Positions 29,756-38,241 of a stretch of 64,000 nucleotides of DNA are shown piece by piece. The translations under genes were made by a program, and so were the position numbers. The DNA comes from Candidatus Buchananbacteria bacterium (lineage in GTDB: Bacteria > Patescibacteriota > Patescibacteriia > Buchananbacterales > UBA6539): assembly GCA_041664165.1 (NCBI GenBank), contig JBAYLH010000002.1, positions 9,665 through 73,664 of the forward strand, given 5' to 3'. Below the pieces are notes generated by a model. The model had not been told where the DNA came from and did not search any database. It worked only from the letters and a program-made list of their open reading frames with translations. How positions within the stretch are numbered: the first letter of the stretch is position 1; every line of letters starts with the position of its first letter.

Positions 29756-29917
29756 TTATAGTTCGTAGTGACCAGGGAATTGCTTCTGGCGTTTAGCAGG
29801 TACTTCTTCGTCCGCTCGAATGTCGGTTAAGACTTGGACGAAGCGTAAGCCGATAGCTACCACAACTACCAGCGCGGCCATAATCGCAATAACTACCGCT
29901 ATGGTTTCAAGGATCAT
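29756..29917 (-). CDS. Small single-TM protein (53 aa), not in ORF track
   Basis: SD GGAGG, MILETIAVVIAIMAALVVVVAIGLRF...; upstream TTGACT-N17-TAAAAT. Confidence 0.6.
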   Translation of the reverse strand: MILETIAVVIAIMAALVVVVAIGLRFVQVLTDIRADEEVPAKRQKQFPGHYEL

Positions 29918-30137
29918 TGGTTTTTCCTCCAAAGTTGGATGCTCCTTTCAGACTAGTTAAATTTTAGTCAATTGAGGTTTGAAAGTCAATTTTTTTCAAA
30001 AAATAATAATTTATCCCCACAAATCCCTTGACACTATCTTTTTGAAAGGTTAGAATATATTTTTCCCCACAAAACTTTTTCAATTTTTTGGGGATTTTAA
30101 TTTCTTCAATAATATTAACAAATTAAAACAAAAATTA

Positions 30138-30275
30138 ATGAAACAAAATTTTGACTCAATCGTCAGCGAACTGAGATTTTATCTGACCCGGCAGTTGGAA
30201 GCTTACCAAAAAAGCGATAATGTGACTTACTCGCAGCTGGAAGAAAAGATTTTGGAACTGGAAAAGAAATTATAA
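30138..30275 (+). CDS. Small helical protein (45 aa), not in ORF track
   Basis: MKQNFDSIVSELRFYLTRQLEAY...LEKKL; promoter TTGACA-N17-TAGAAT at 30028-30056. Confidence 0.5.
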   Translation: MKQNFDSIVSELRFYLTRQLEAYQKSDNVTYSQLEEKILELEKKL

Positions 30276-30321
30276 ACTTAATCAATATTATGTTATAATA
30301 TCGATAGGTCATCTTTAAATT

Positions 30322-30819
30322 ATGCCTAAAATATTGCCAATCAAAATTTATCCTTGTCCGGGTTTGCGCCAAAAATCACAGGTTTTAAAAACCGAGGAGC
30401 TGGGGAATAAAGAAATTAAGCAGCTGATTTCAGATATGGAAAAGACGATGGTTGAAAAAGACGGCATCGGCCTGGCCGCGCCGCAAGTCGGCAAAAATCT
30501 CCGAATCGTGGTGATTAGCACGGCTGACGGTTCTTTGGTTTTAATTAATCCGAAGATTTTAAGGAAATCCTGGCGAACGGAAATTCAAGAAGAAGGCTGC
30601 TTGAGCTTTCCGGAAATTTTTGGTTTGGTGAAGCGTTCGCTCAAAATTAAATTAGTTGCTTTAGACCGAACTGGCAAAAAAATAAAGTTCAAAGCTAGCG
30701 GCTTATTTGCCCGCGTCATCCAGCACGAAGTCGATCATTTGGACGGAATTTTATTTATTGACAAGGCGAAAGAAATTGTTAAGGGTAAAGACAAATTAGC
30801 CGGTCTGGAAAAAAAATAA
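30322..30819 (+). CDS. def: Peptide deformylase
   Basis: GIGLAAPQVG, EGCLS, QHEVDHLDG. Confidence 0.97.
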   Translation: MPKILPIKIYPCPGLRQKSQVLKTEELGNKEIKQLISDMEKTMVEKDGIGLAAPQVGKNLRIVVISTADGSLVLINPKILRKSWRTEIQEEGCLSFPEIFGLVKRSLKIKLVALDRTGKKIKFKASGLFARVIQHEVDHLDGILFIDKAKEIVKGKDKLAGLEKK

Positions 30820-30828
30820 TTTTTCTTT

Positions 30829-31773
30829 ATGCAAGAGCTTAAACCAAAAATAATTTTTTTGGGCACGCCGGAGTTTGCCGTCCCCAGTCTTTTGGCTTTA
30901 ATCGCCAATGGTTTTAAACCGGTTTTAGCCATCACTCAACCGGATAAACCCGCCGGCCGAAAACAAGAATTGACTCCCCCGCCGATTAAGCAAGCGGCTT
31001 TACAAAACGAGATTTTAGTTTTGCAGCCACCGGCTAAAAATGATTTGGCGGAAATTTTTTTACAGTATCGGCCGGATCTCTGCGTTTTGGTCGCTTATGG
31101 TTCAATTATCCCTAAAGACTGCTTAAACCAGCCGCGCGGCGGTTTTTTAAATATCCATCCGTCGCTTTTGCCGAAATATCGCGGGTCATCGCCGATTCAG
31201 ACAGCGATTTTAAACGGCGAAAAAGAAACCGGCGTTTCCATTATCCAATTGGTTTCCCAAGTTGACGCCGGGCCAATTATTGCCCAAAAAACCATGGCGA
31301 TAGCGGAGACTGATAACGCCGAAACTTTAAGTAAAAAGTTAGCCGAACTCGGCGCTGAGCTGTTAATAGAAATTTTAGCGAACTATTTGGCCGGAAGAAT
31401 TTTGCCCAAACCCCAGGACGAATCCAAGGCGACCTTTACGGCCATGATCAGTCGGGAAGACGGCCAAATCAATTGGCAAAAAACCGCCGCGGAAATCCAG
31501 CGGCAATTTCGGGCTTTTTATCCTTGGCCAGGGGTATTTACCCAAATCTCTGGCCAGCGCCTTAAAATCGCAAATTTGAGCGTTTTAGAGGGCAATTTTA
31601 GCGCTAAATTGGTACCGGGGGCGATATTTTTCGGGCCTCAAGGCGAGCTGGCAGTCAGCTGCGGCCAAGGGGCAGTTGAGCTAAAAACCGTGCAGCCGGC
31701 CGGTAAAAAAGAAATGCCCGGCATTGAATTTTTACGCGGGCAAAAAGATTTAATAAGTAAGGTTTTAAAATAA
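30829..31773 (+). CDS. fmt: Methionyl-tRNA formyltransferase
   Basis: FLGTPEFA, NIHPSLLPKYRG, DAGPI. Confidence 0.97.
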   Translation: MQELKPKIIFLGTPEFAVPSLLALIANGFKPVLAITQPDKPAGRKQELTPPPIKQAALQNEILVLQPPAKNDLAEIFLQYRPDLCVLVAYGSIIPKDCLNQPRGGFLNIHPSLLPKYRGSSPIQTAILNGEKETGVSIIQLVSQVDAGPIIAQKTMAIAETDNAETLSKKLAELGAELLIEILANYLAGRILPKPQDESKATFTAMISREDGQINWQKTAAEIQRQFRAFYPWPGVFTQISGQRLKIANLSVLEGNFSAKLVPGAIFFGPQGELAVSCGQGAVELKTVQPAGKKEMPGIEFLRGQKDLISKVLK

Positions 31774-31796
31774 ATTAGAAATTATTAATTATAAAT

Positions 31797-32336
31797 TTAT
31801 TTTATAATGTATTTCCAGCCTGGTTGCCAGGCTTTTTGGTTGCGCCAATCTTCGTCAATCGCCTGTTCCCAGGTTTTTTTGTTAAGCAAGACTTCAAGGG
31901 CCAGCTGCGGTGCTTGATGAGCAACGATGGCAATATGCTTGCCGCCATAATTGGTTTTTAAAAATTCTACAAAGTCAGCCAGCCGGTTTTCAACCTCAGA
32001 AAAACTTTCGCCGCCAGGAAAAGGGGTTTTGATAAATTGTTTCAGATTAGTTTTGAATGAATCGGGCTGGCCGTTGAAGCCGCCATAGTTTATCTCGCGC
32101 AATCTTTGATCGGGAATAATTTCATATTTATCGCCAAAAGCTAATTTCGCCGAATCAACGGCGCGTTTGAGGTCGGAACAAAAAATTACATCAAACTTTT
32201 GGTCAGCGACTTGGCCGGCCAATTCTTTTGACTGCTGGATTCCGAGTTTCGATAATTCCCCGGCCAGCCAGCCGGTGGCCAATCCCTTTTCGTTGTCAGT
32301 CGTGGTGCCGTGAACAAAATAAGTGATTTTAATCAT
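31797..32336 (-). CDS. Histidine phosphatase family protein
   Basis: VHG, SDLKRA, RLRE..YG, GGES, VAH. Confidence 0.88.
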   Translation of the reverse strand: MIKITYFVHGTTTDNEKGLATGWLAGELSKLGIQQSKELAGQVADQKFDVIFCSDLKRAVDSAKLAFGDKYEIIPDQRLREINYGGFNGQPDSFKTNLKQFIKTPFPGGESFSEVENRLADFVEFLKTNYGGKHIAIVAHQAPQLALEVLLNKKTWEQAIDEDWRNQKAWQPGWKYIIK

Positions 32337-33834
32337 AGTTATTACAAATTACCGATACCAATATAATGTAAGTAATTCCCAGCGGATGATTAAGATAAGG
32401 CGAAAAGATGTTAGTCACACAAAGCGCGGCTAGGCCGAGGAGTAAACCAGCTTGTAGCTTATAGCTTGTAGGTTGTAGGTTGCTTTGTTTTCTGCTTTCT
32501 GCTCTCTGATTTCTGAGCCGTTTGATTCCTTGATAAAATATTTGGCCGATTAATCCGAGATAAATAGCTAAACCCGCTAAGCCGAGCTTGAGCATAATAT
32601 CCAAATAGCCCCATTCAAAAGCAGCGGTGGTGTAAATCCCGCCGGGATAAGCTTTTAAAATCCGCGGGTCATTGCTTTGGTAAGTTAACTCTTTGCCGAA
32701 ACCGGAGCCGAAAATTAAATGCTGAAAAATTGCCTGGCTTAACGGCTGAAGCTCATTGAGCCGGCTGATACCGGCAGCTTCGCCGGGCAGGTTTTTGAAG
32801 CGGTCGGCAATGACGTTGCCGGAAAAATTGCCGCTGATTAGTTGAACCAGATACAGCTGGGAAGTGAAAATAACAACCAAGGCCAGCAGCAGCCAGGCAG
32901 TTTTTTTGAACCGGAAGCCGAAATAAAGCCAGCTCAAAACGATCAGCCCAAAAATCGCGGCCACTCCCCCGACCCAATAGCTGCGCGACTGGCTGATGAT
33001 GACAGCTAAGCCGGTTAAATATAAATAAATCGCCGGTACCAAATAATTTTTCCAAGCCTTGAGCCGAAATTGGGAGATTAAAATCGTCAAAATAATCAAA
33101 AAGCCGATTAAGCAATAAAGCTGCGATTGCAAAAAAACCCGAAAAAGAGTGCCGGAAATATAAGTGATTTCGCCAACACCGGTATCGCGCAGCCATTTGT
33201 AAAAAACGCCGCCCAGGCCGGTAAAATTATGGGAGAATAAAAGCAAAATGCCCACGGTTTTTAAGGCCAAATAAGCCGTGGCGCCGGTTAGAATTTGTAA
33301 AATATTTTCAATAACTTTTTCTGCTTTAATGGCTTCCCAAAAAACAAAAATCAGAATAAACCAAGCCCAGGCATTGGCGTCAAAAAAGACTTTGGAGAAT
33401 TCGTTATGCCAAAGGCCGTTGATCAAGCCAATGGCAATGGCTGAGGCTAGGAGGAGGTAAGGAAGTAGGTGGTAAGTATTAGGTATTAGGTAATAGGTAT
33501 TAGGTAAAAGTAATTTCTGGCGGCGGGTGATTTTTTTGGCCAGCCAGACGGCCAAAACGACTAAAAAGATGCCAAGGCGAATTGATAGCGAGAAACCGCC
33601 AAGATTCAAGCTAAATAGCTGGCCGAAACCGCCGGTAAAAATTTCCGCCAGCAAAAGGTAAAGGCCATACTCAAGCTTAACCAGCGAAGCCGCCAAAACG
33701 GCGAGTAAAACTACAAAAAAAGCCGCTTGACCCGCCGGCGGTATCAAGTAGCCGGCAAAAGAAACTGAATCGGCAATGATTAAAAATAAAATTGTCCAGA
33801 AAAATAATTTGCCGAAAATTTTAGCTAAAGTCAT
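32329..33834 (-). CDS. O-antigen ligase/polymerase-like membrane protein
   Basis: Polytopic; SQSRSYWVG, FGSGFG, LKLGLAGL; two in-frame heptamer-repeat tracts. Confidence 0.8.
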   Translation of the reverse strand: MTLAKIFGKLFFWTILFLIIADSVSFAGYLIPPAGQAAFFVVLLAVLAASLVKLEYGLYLLLAEIFTGGFGQLFSLNLGGFSLSIRLGIFLVVLAVWLAKKITRRQKLLLPNTYYLIPNTYHLLPYLLLASAIAIGLINGLWHNEFSKVFFDANAWAWFILIFVFWEAIKAEKVIENILQILTGATAYLALKTVGILLLFSHNFTGLGGVFYKWLRDTGVGEITYISGTLFRVFLQSQLYCLIGFLIILTILISQFRLKAWKNYLVPAIYLYLTGLAVIISQSRSYWVGGVAAIFGLIVLSWLYFGFRFKKTAWLLLALVVIFTSQLYLVQLISGNFSGNVIADRFKNLPGEAAGISRLNELQPLSQAIFQHLIFGSGFGKELTYQSNDPRILKAYPGGIYTTAAFEWGYLDIMLKLGLAGLAIYLGLIGQIFYQGIKRLRNQRAESRKQSNLQPTSYKLQAGLLLGLAALCVTNIFSPYLNHPLGITYIILVSVICNNYD

Positions 33835-34019
33835 TTTGTTACGGGGTAAATTGAAAGTTTTGCTATTACTAACTTAGCTCATTTTAGGTTAAAAATCAAT
33901 ATTTTTTTCAAAAAAAAGACCTTGGCCGCCGGTCTTCTCGTTTGAGAGCCAGTGGCCAAGGTTTTGGGGTTGGGAACTCGGCTTTGCCGTGATTCGTCGA
34001 ACGAATTGTCTTCGCTGTT

Positions 34020-34481
34020 CTAGACGATCAGGACATGAGCCGAGCCGACGGGAATTCCGGCGCGGAAGTTGCAGTTTCCGGCCGATGGTACGGCGCCGCC
34101 CGCGAGGGTCATCGTCAGCCCGTTTACGCCGTCGAAGTCAGCGGCCAACGTGTAACCGGGCGCCACTGCGCTTAGCTTCGCCAAATTGGCGTCCTTATAG
34201 GTCAGCGTCGGCTTGTCCGCCATCGCCTTTGCCACCAGTACGTCCGCTTCCTTCGTTCCCATCGCCGTGACGATCAGCGCGTCGCTGAATGCCAGGCTCG
34301 TGCCGCCTTCGATGTTGCTATCCTGTGTGCTCTTCAGCATGAACGCCGCCGGGGTCGGGGTGGCGAGTGCCAAAGCTTCATTCGCATCGGCCGCGTACAT
34401 TTTGGCCGGACTCGTCATCAGTGTCAGCGCGATCGCCGTAATCGAGATGACGATAATCAGTGGTGCCAGAGTCTTTCGCAT
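34020..34481 (-). CDS. Secreted hypothetical protein (GC-rich)
   Basis: SD AAAGGAG, signal peptide, long terminator hairpin near 33910-33962. Confidence 0.7.
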   Translation of the reverse strand: MRKTLAPLIIVISITAIALTLMTSPAKMYAADANEALALATPTPAAFMLKSTQDSNIEGGTSLAFSDALIVTAMGTKEADVLVAKAMADKPTLTYKDANLAKLSAVAPGYTLAADFDGVNGLTMTLAGGAVPSAGNCNFRAGIPVGSAHVLIV

Positions 34482-34709
34482 AACAGTGTTCTCCTTTTTG
34501 CACCCTTGTTATGGGTGCGGTTTGTGTTGCACGTCATTGCCCCAACCTAATTGGCAAGCAGAGTTAGCCTCCTTTCTTTTCTTTTCACTCTACTTGTTTA
34601 CAGAAAAAAGCGTACCAAATTGTTAGTACTCTTCCTCTGAGCTGCTTGTATTATAAACCATTTATTCAAAAAATCAAGGGGGGGCTGTGGGTATTTTTTT
34701 TGAGTTTAT

Positions 34710-34950
34710 AAAAAGAGCCCTTGTTCATTGTCAGCGAGACTTTGATTGGGGGCTCCAGACTCTAACTCCATCACCTCGCTTTCTGGCCGTAAAAACGGCT
34801 CAAAACCCGTATTGCTACGGGAGATAATGGATCACCTCCCTTCCGGCGGTCAAAACTCTGAATCTTTTCATGACTCTACCCTCCTGCCTGAAAGTAGCAG
34901 GCCGCGTTAGAAGCTGTATTTATTGTAAAACGAAAAAAACGATAAATCAA
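34710..34950 (-). other. Stand-alone ~200-nt transcription unit (candidate ncRNA / 18-aa micropeptide)
   Basis: TTGATT-N17-TACAAT; ORF 34871-34815; GGAGGTGATCCA; hairpins; GAGCCC..GGGCTC-T5 terminator. Confidence 0.55.
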
Positions 34951-34959
34951 TATTTTTTT

Positions 34960-35008
34960 GTCATTTTGCACTGGTTTTTATTGACGACGGACTTGATGCA
35001 AAATCCAG
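34960..35008. repeat. GTCATT-tagged REP-like palindrome
   Basis: GTCATTTTGCAC...TGATGCAAAATCCAG, parallel to the 10163 copy. Confidence 0.7.
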
Positions 35009-35057
35009 GAGTCATTTTTGCCGCCAATGGCGACGTATAGCCATATTAAATTTCAAA

Positions 35058-35846
35058 TCAATTTTTGTTCAAACCGTGCTTTTGAAAATAGTATAGAGCG
35101 CTTTGGAAAAAGACTTTTTGTTTTTTGACGCCTAGCTGTTGGACGAAACTTTGGCCGCCATAATGAATAATTTCGCCGTCGGGCGTAAACCAAACCTGCC
35201 AGCCACTGGCAACGGCGCGGCGGCAAAGATCGACTTCCTCAAACCAGGTAAAAAAATTTTCATCGAACAAGCCGATTTCGTCCAGGGTTTTTTTCCGCAG
35301 CAGAAAAAACGAACCGGCGACCTGGTCAACCGGCTGGGCGATTTTGTAATTAAAATCTTTGGCGAGATAAGAAGATAAAGCCGGGAGATTGGGAAAAATT
35401 TTGGCGATTTTAGTGATGATTAAAAATATCGGCCAAAAGCTGGGAAACCGCCGAACTGAAAACTGAAGCGTCCAGTCCGGGTTTAGATGTTTGCAGCCGG
35501 CAATGCCGACTTGGTAATTGCTTTTCATAAAATCAACCATTCTAGGCAGGCAGTCTTTAAGGATGACGGTGTCGGGGTTTAAAACCAAAATAAAATCGCC
35601 CCGGCTTTTTAAAATTCCCTGGTTATTGGCCGTGCCGAAACCGAGGTTAGTCGTATTGGGAATTAAAACCACCCGGGGGAATTCTTTTTTAATCATTTCC
35701 ACCGTGCCGTCGCCGGAAGCGTTGTCAACGACAATAATTTCGAAGGTTAAATCGCCCCGATATTTGATGATTGATTCCAGGCATTTTTTCAGCAGATCCT
35801 TGACGTTCCAGGAAACGATGATGATTGATAGTTCCGGACTTGGCAT
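35058..35846 (-). CDS. Glycosyltransferase family 2 (WbbL-like)
   Basis: IIIVSWN, VVDNASGD, LNPD, FDENFF..EEVDLC. Confidence 0.92.
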   Translation of the reverse strand: MPSPELSIIIVSWNVKDLLKKCLESIIKYRGDLTFEIIVVDNASGDGTVEMIKKEFPRVVLIPNTTNLGFGTANNQGILKSRGDFILVLNPDTVILKDCLPRMVDFMKSNYQVGIAGCKHLNPDWTLQFSVRRFPSFWPIFLIITKIAKIFPNLPALSSYLAKDFNYKIAQPVDQVAGSFFLLRKKTLDEIGLFDENFFTWFEEVDLCRRAVASGWQVWFTPDGEIIHYGGQSFVQQLGVKKQKVFFQSALYYFQKHGLNKN

Positions 35847-35905
35847 TTTATTTTAGTAATTAGGTTTTAGGTTCTAGGACTAACTTTTTAATACCTAGTA
35901 CCGAT

Positions 35906-36583
35906 TTAGATGACGTCTTGTTTTTTAATTTTTTTCCAGCTGCCTTCCTTCAAATCGCCCAGCTCCAGCTTGTCGATTCGGATTCTTTTTAATTTTACCA
36001 CGGTGTAGCCCAGTTTTCCCAGCATTCTCCGGATTTGCCGGTTAATGCCCTCTTTGATTTCCAGCCGGACGGATTTGTTTTTGACGGCGATAATTTTGGC
36101 CGGTTTCAGTCTTTTGCCGTCAATTACCATTCCTTTGGCCAGTTTTTTCGCGTCTTCGGCTTTTAAATCCGTATCCAAAACCACGAAGTATTCTTTTTGG
36201 CCGCCATAGCGGGGATGAGTCAGCTGATTGGCAAATTCGCCGTCGTTAGTCAAAAGCAAAAGTCCGCTGGAATCTTTGTCCAGCCGGCCGACCGGGTAAA
36301 CCCGCTCTTTGGTTTTAACCAGTTTTAAAACGGATTGGCCCTGGCTTTCGGTCGTGGTGCTGATATAACCGATCGGCTTATTCAAAGCCAGGTAAATTTT
36401 ATGATTTTCAGTTTTGACGATTCTGCCGTTATATTCAACCTCGTCAGCGGTTTCATCGATAGTAGTGCCAAGCTGAGTTACAACTTCGCCGTTGATTTTT
36501 ATTTTGCCGCTAGTAATTAGTTCTTCGGCTTTGCGGCGGGAAGTTATTCCGGCGGCAGCGAGAAATTTTTGGAGTCGCATCAT
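35906..36583 (-). CDS. rRNA pseudouridine synthase (RsuA/RluB family)
   Basis: S4 domain RLQKFLA..G..SRR; VGRLDKDSSGLLLLTNDG. Confidence 0.93.
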   Translation of the reverse strand: MMRLQKFLAAAGITSRRKAEELITSGKIKINGEVVTQLGTTIDETADEVEYNGRIVKTENHKIYLALNKPIGYISTTTESQGQSVLKLVKTKERVYPVGRLDKDSSGLLLLTNDGEFANQLTHPRYGGQKEYFVVLDTDLKAEDAKKLAKGMVIDGKRLKPAKIIAVKNKSVRLEIKEGINRQIRRMLGKLGYTVVKLKRIRIDKLELGDLKEGSWKKIKKQDVI

Positions 36584-36585
36584 GG

Positions 36586-36658
36586 GTTAGGGATTAGGGG
36601 TTAGGTAGTTAGGTATTAGGTAATAGGTGCTAGGTATTAGGGGTTAGGAGGTTAGAGG
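36586..36658. repeat. Heptamer tandem repeats (TAGG core)
   Basis: About 9 copies of TAGGNNN at ~7-nt period. Confidence 0.85.
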
Positions 36659-37095
36659 TTGTTCCAGGAAAAATAATTTTTTATTAACTCGGCTAGTTTT
36701 GGGTGAAATATTTTTTTAACATTTTGTAGGCTAATTTTTTGCCATTTATAGGAAGCATGCTCTTCTGATATTTTAATCTCGCCACCTAAATATTTGGCTT
36801 CAAAGAGGATATATAAAATACAGCGGCCATCTTTAAAGCGGTATTTATTTAAAGCCACCGGATCTTGGCGCAGTTTATATTTAATTTTAGCGCCGGCTTC
36901 TTCCTTGATCTCTCGATCCACTAGTTGGTGAAACGGCATTTCTACTTCATTATCATTAATTTGGCCGCCGGGCAGAACATATTTTTGCTTAAAACGCGAA
37001 GCAAAATCGGGCGATTCCATTATCAAACACTCATTTTTTTTATTTTTTAATAAAATTTTTAAGGAAATCATGAATTGTTGGGGCTTTTGGTACAT
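36652..37095 (-). CDS. NUDIX hydrolase
   Basis: LPGG....E.......REIKEE, ISEEH. Confidence 0.85.
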   Translation of the reverse strand: MYQKPQQFMISLKILLKNKKNECLIMESPDFASRFKQKYVLPGGQINDNEVEMPFHQLVDREIKEEAGAKIKYKLRQDPVALNKYRFKDGRCILYILFEAKYLGGEIKISEEHASYKWQKISLQNVKKIFHPKLAELIKNYFSWNNL

Positions 37096-37097
37096 AA

Positions 37098-37553
37098 TTA
37101 CAATTTTAGATTATTCCATTTCACGTAATTTTTGATTAATTGCTTCAATGAAGGCTGAAAGTTAAGCTTAAAAATTTTTCGGTCAAGCGGCACCCAACTA
37201 TAGTCACTATGCTCTTCGGAAATTTTTATTTTACCCGATTGGAATCTTGCTTCGAATAAAATGTATAATCTTTCATGCTCGTTATTAAATCGGTATTTCG
37301 ACAAAGCCACCGGATCAAGCCGCAAACGGTATTTCAGCGAACCGCACTCTTCGGTTATTTCGCGCCGGATTATTTTATGAAAATCAGTATTAATTTCATC
37401 ATTGTTGATTGAGCCGCCGGGCAAATCCAGCGTGTCGTGAAAGCGCGGGTTGGCTGAAATTGTTTTTAAGACCAAAAGCTGATTTTGTTGGTTTCGAATT
37501 ATCGCTTTCAAAGATACATTAAATCGGCTTTGAATAATTTTATGATAAGTCAT
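37098..37553 (-). CDS. NUDIX hydrolase (paralog of neighbour)
   Basis: Likely start ATG 37553; DLPGG..REITEE, ISEEH. Confidence 0.85.
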   Translation of the reverse strand: MTYHKIIQSRFNVSLKAIIRNQQNQLLVLKTISANPRFHDTLDLPGGSINNDEINTDFHKIIRREITEECGSLKYRLRLDPVALSKYRFNNEHERLYILFEARFQSGKIKISEEHSDYSWVPLDRKIFKLNFQPSLKQLIKNYVKWNNLKL

Positions 37554-38220
37554 GTTTTTGTTTAATAATTTTTTCAGCCGCTTGGTAGGCTTTGACTTTT
37601 TTCGACCAGGGAAAACGATAAAAGAATTTTGGCAGCCAGCTCGACATCGTGCCGCCGGCTTTAGCCGTGAATAAAAGTTCAGGAATAAAAACGCCGGTGT
37701 CTCCCCTTTCAAGCATTGTTAGCCATAAATCCCAATCCTGAAACCGCTTTAATTTTTCGTCAAAACCCGGGAAGCGTTCTTGGCGAATTAATGACGTGGT
37801 ATGGATATAAGGCATTTTTTTTAGTTTAGCGGCCGAAAAAGGGAAAAGTTTAAAAATTTTAGCGCCGAATCTAAATGATGAATAAGCGTACATCGCGCCG
37901 GGATTTTTTTTCAAAGCGTCAAACATTGTTGCCAGCATTTTCGGCTTCATGGTAATATCGGCATCGCAGAAAATGAGAAACGGCGATTTGGCGATTTTAG
38001 CGCCGTGGTTGCGAGCCGCGGCGGCGCCGAGGTTGGGTTGGTTAATAACGGTAATTTTATCCTGGTAATTTTTTAAAATTTCCAAGCTGGAGTCGGTTGA
38101 ACCGTCGTTGACGGCGATAATTTCAAAATTTTTCCAGGTTTGGTTAAAAATACTCTCCAGGCATTTTTCGAGAGTTTTTTTGGCGTTATAAATCGGAATG
38201 ACGATGCTGATTTCGGGCAC
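37540..38220 (-). CDS. Glycosyltransferase family 2
   Basis: IVIPIYN, VNDGSTD, DAD, QDWDLW. Confidence 0.9.
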   Translation of the reverse strand: MPEISIVIPIYNAKKTLEKCLESIFNQTWKNFEIIAVNDGSTDSSLEILKNYQDKITVINQPNLGAAAARNHGAKIAKSPFLIFCDADITMKPKMLATMFDALKKNPGAMYAYSSFRFGAKIFKLFPFSAAKLKKMPYIHTTSLIRQERFPGFDEKLKRFQDWDLWLTMLERGDTGVFIPELLFTAKAGGTMSSWLPKFFYRFPWSKKVKAYQAAEKIIKQKHDLS

Positions 38221-38241
38221 AAAATAAATTAAGAATTTTTA

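Noticed and set aside
30278-30300. dif site (ATATTATGTTA)
   Set aside because: No left arm; better explained as the extended -10 (TGTTATAAT) of def.
34828-34842. 16S rRNA gene fragment
   Set aside because: The match is limited to the terminal 12 nt; the flanks lack helix-45 and other rRNA sequence.
37554-37712. Long N-terminal extension of the NUDIX gene
   Set aside because: It overlaps the GT2 gene; paralog alignment supports the ATG at 37553.
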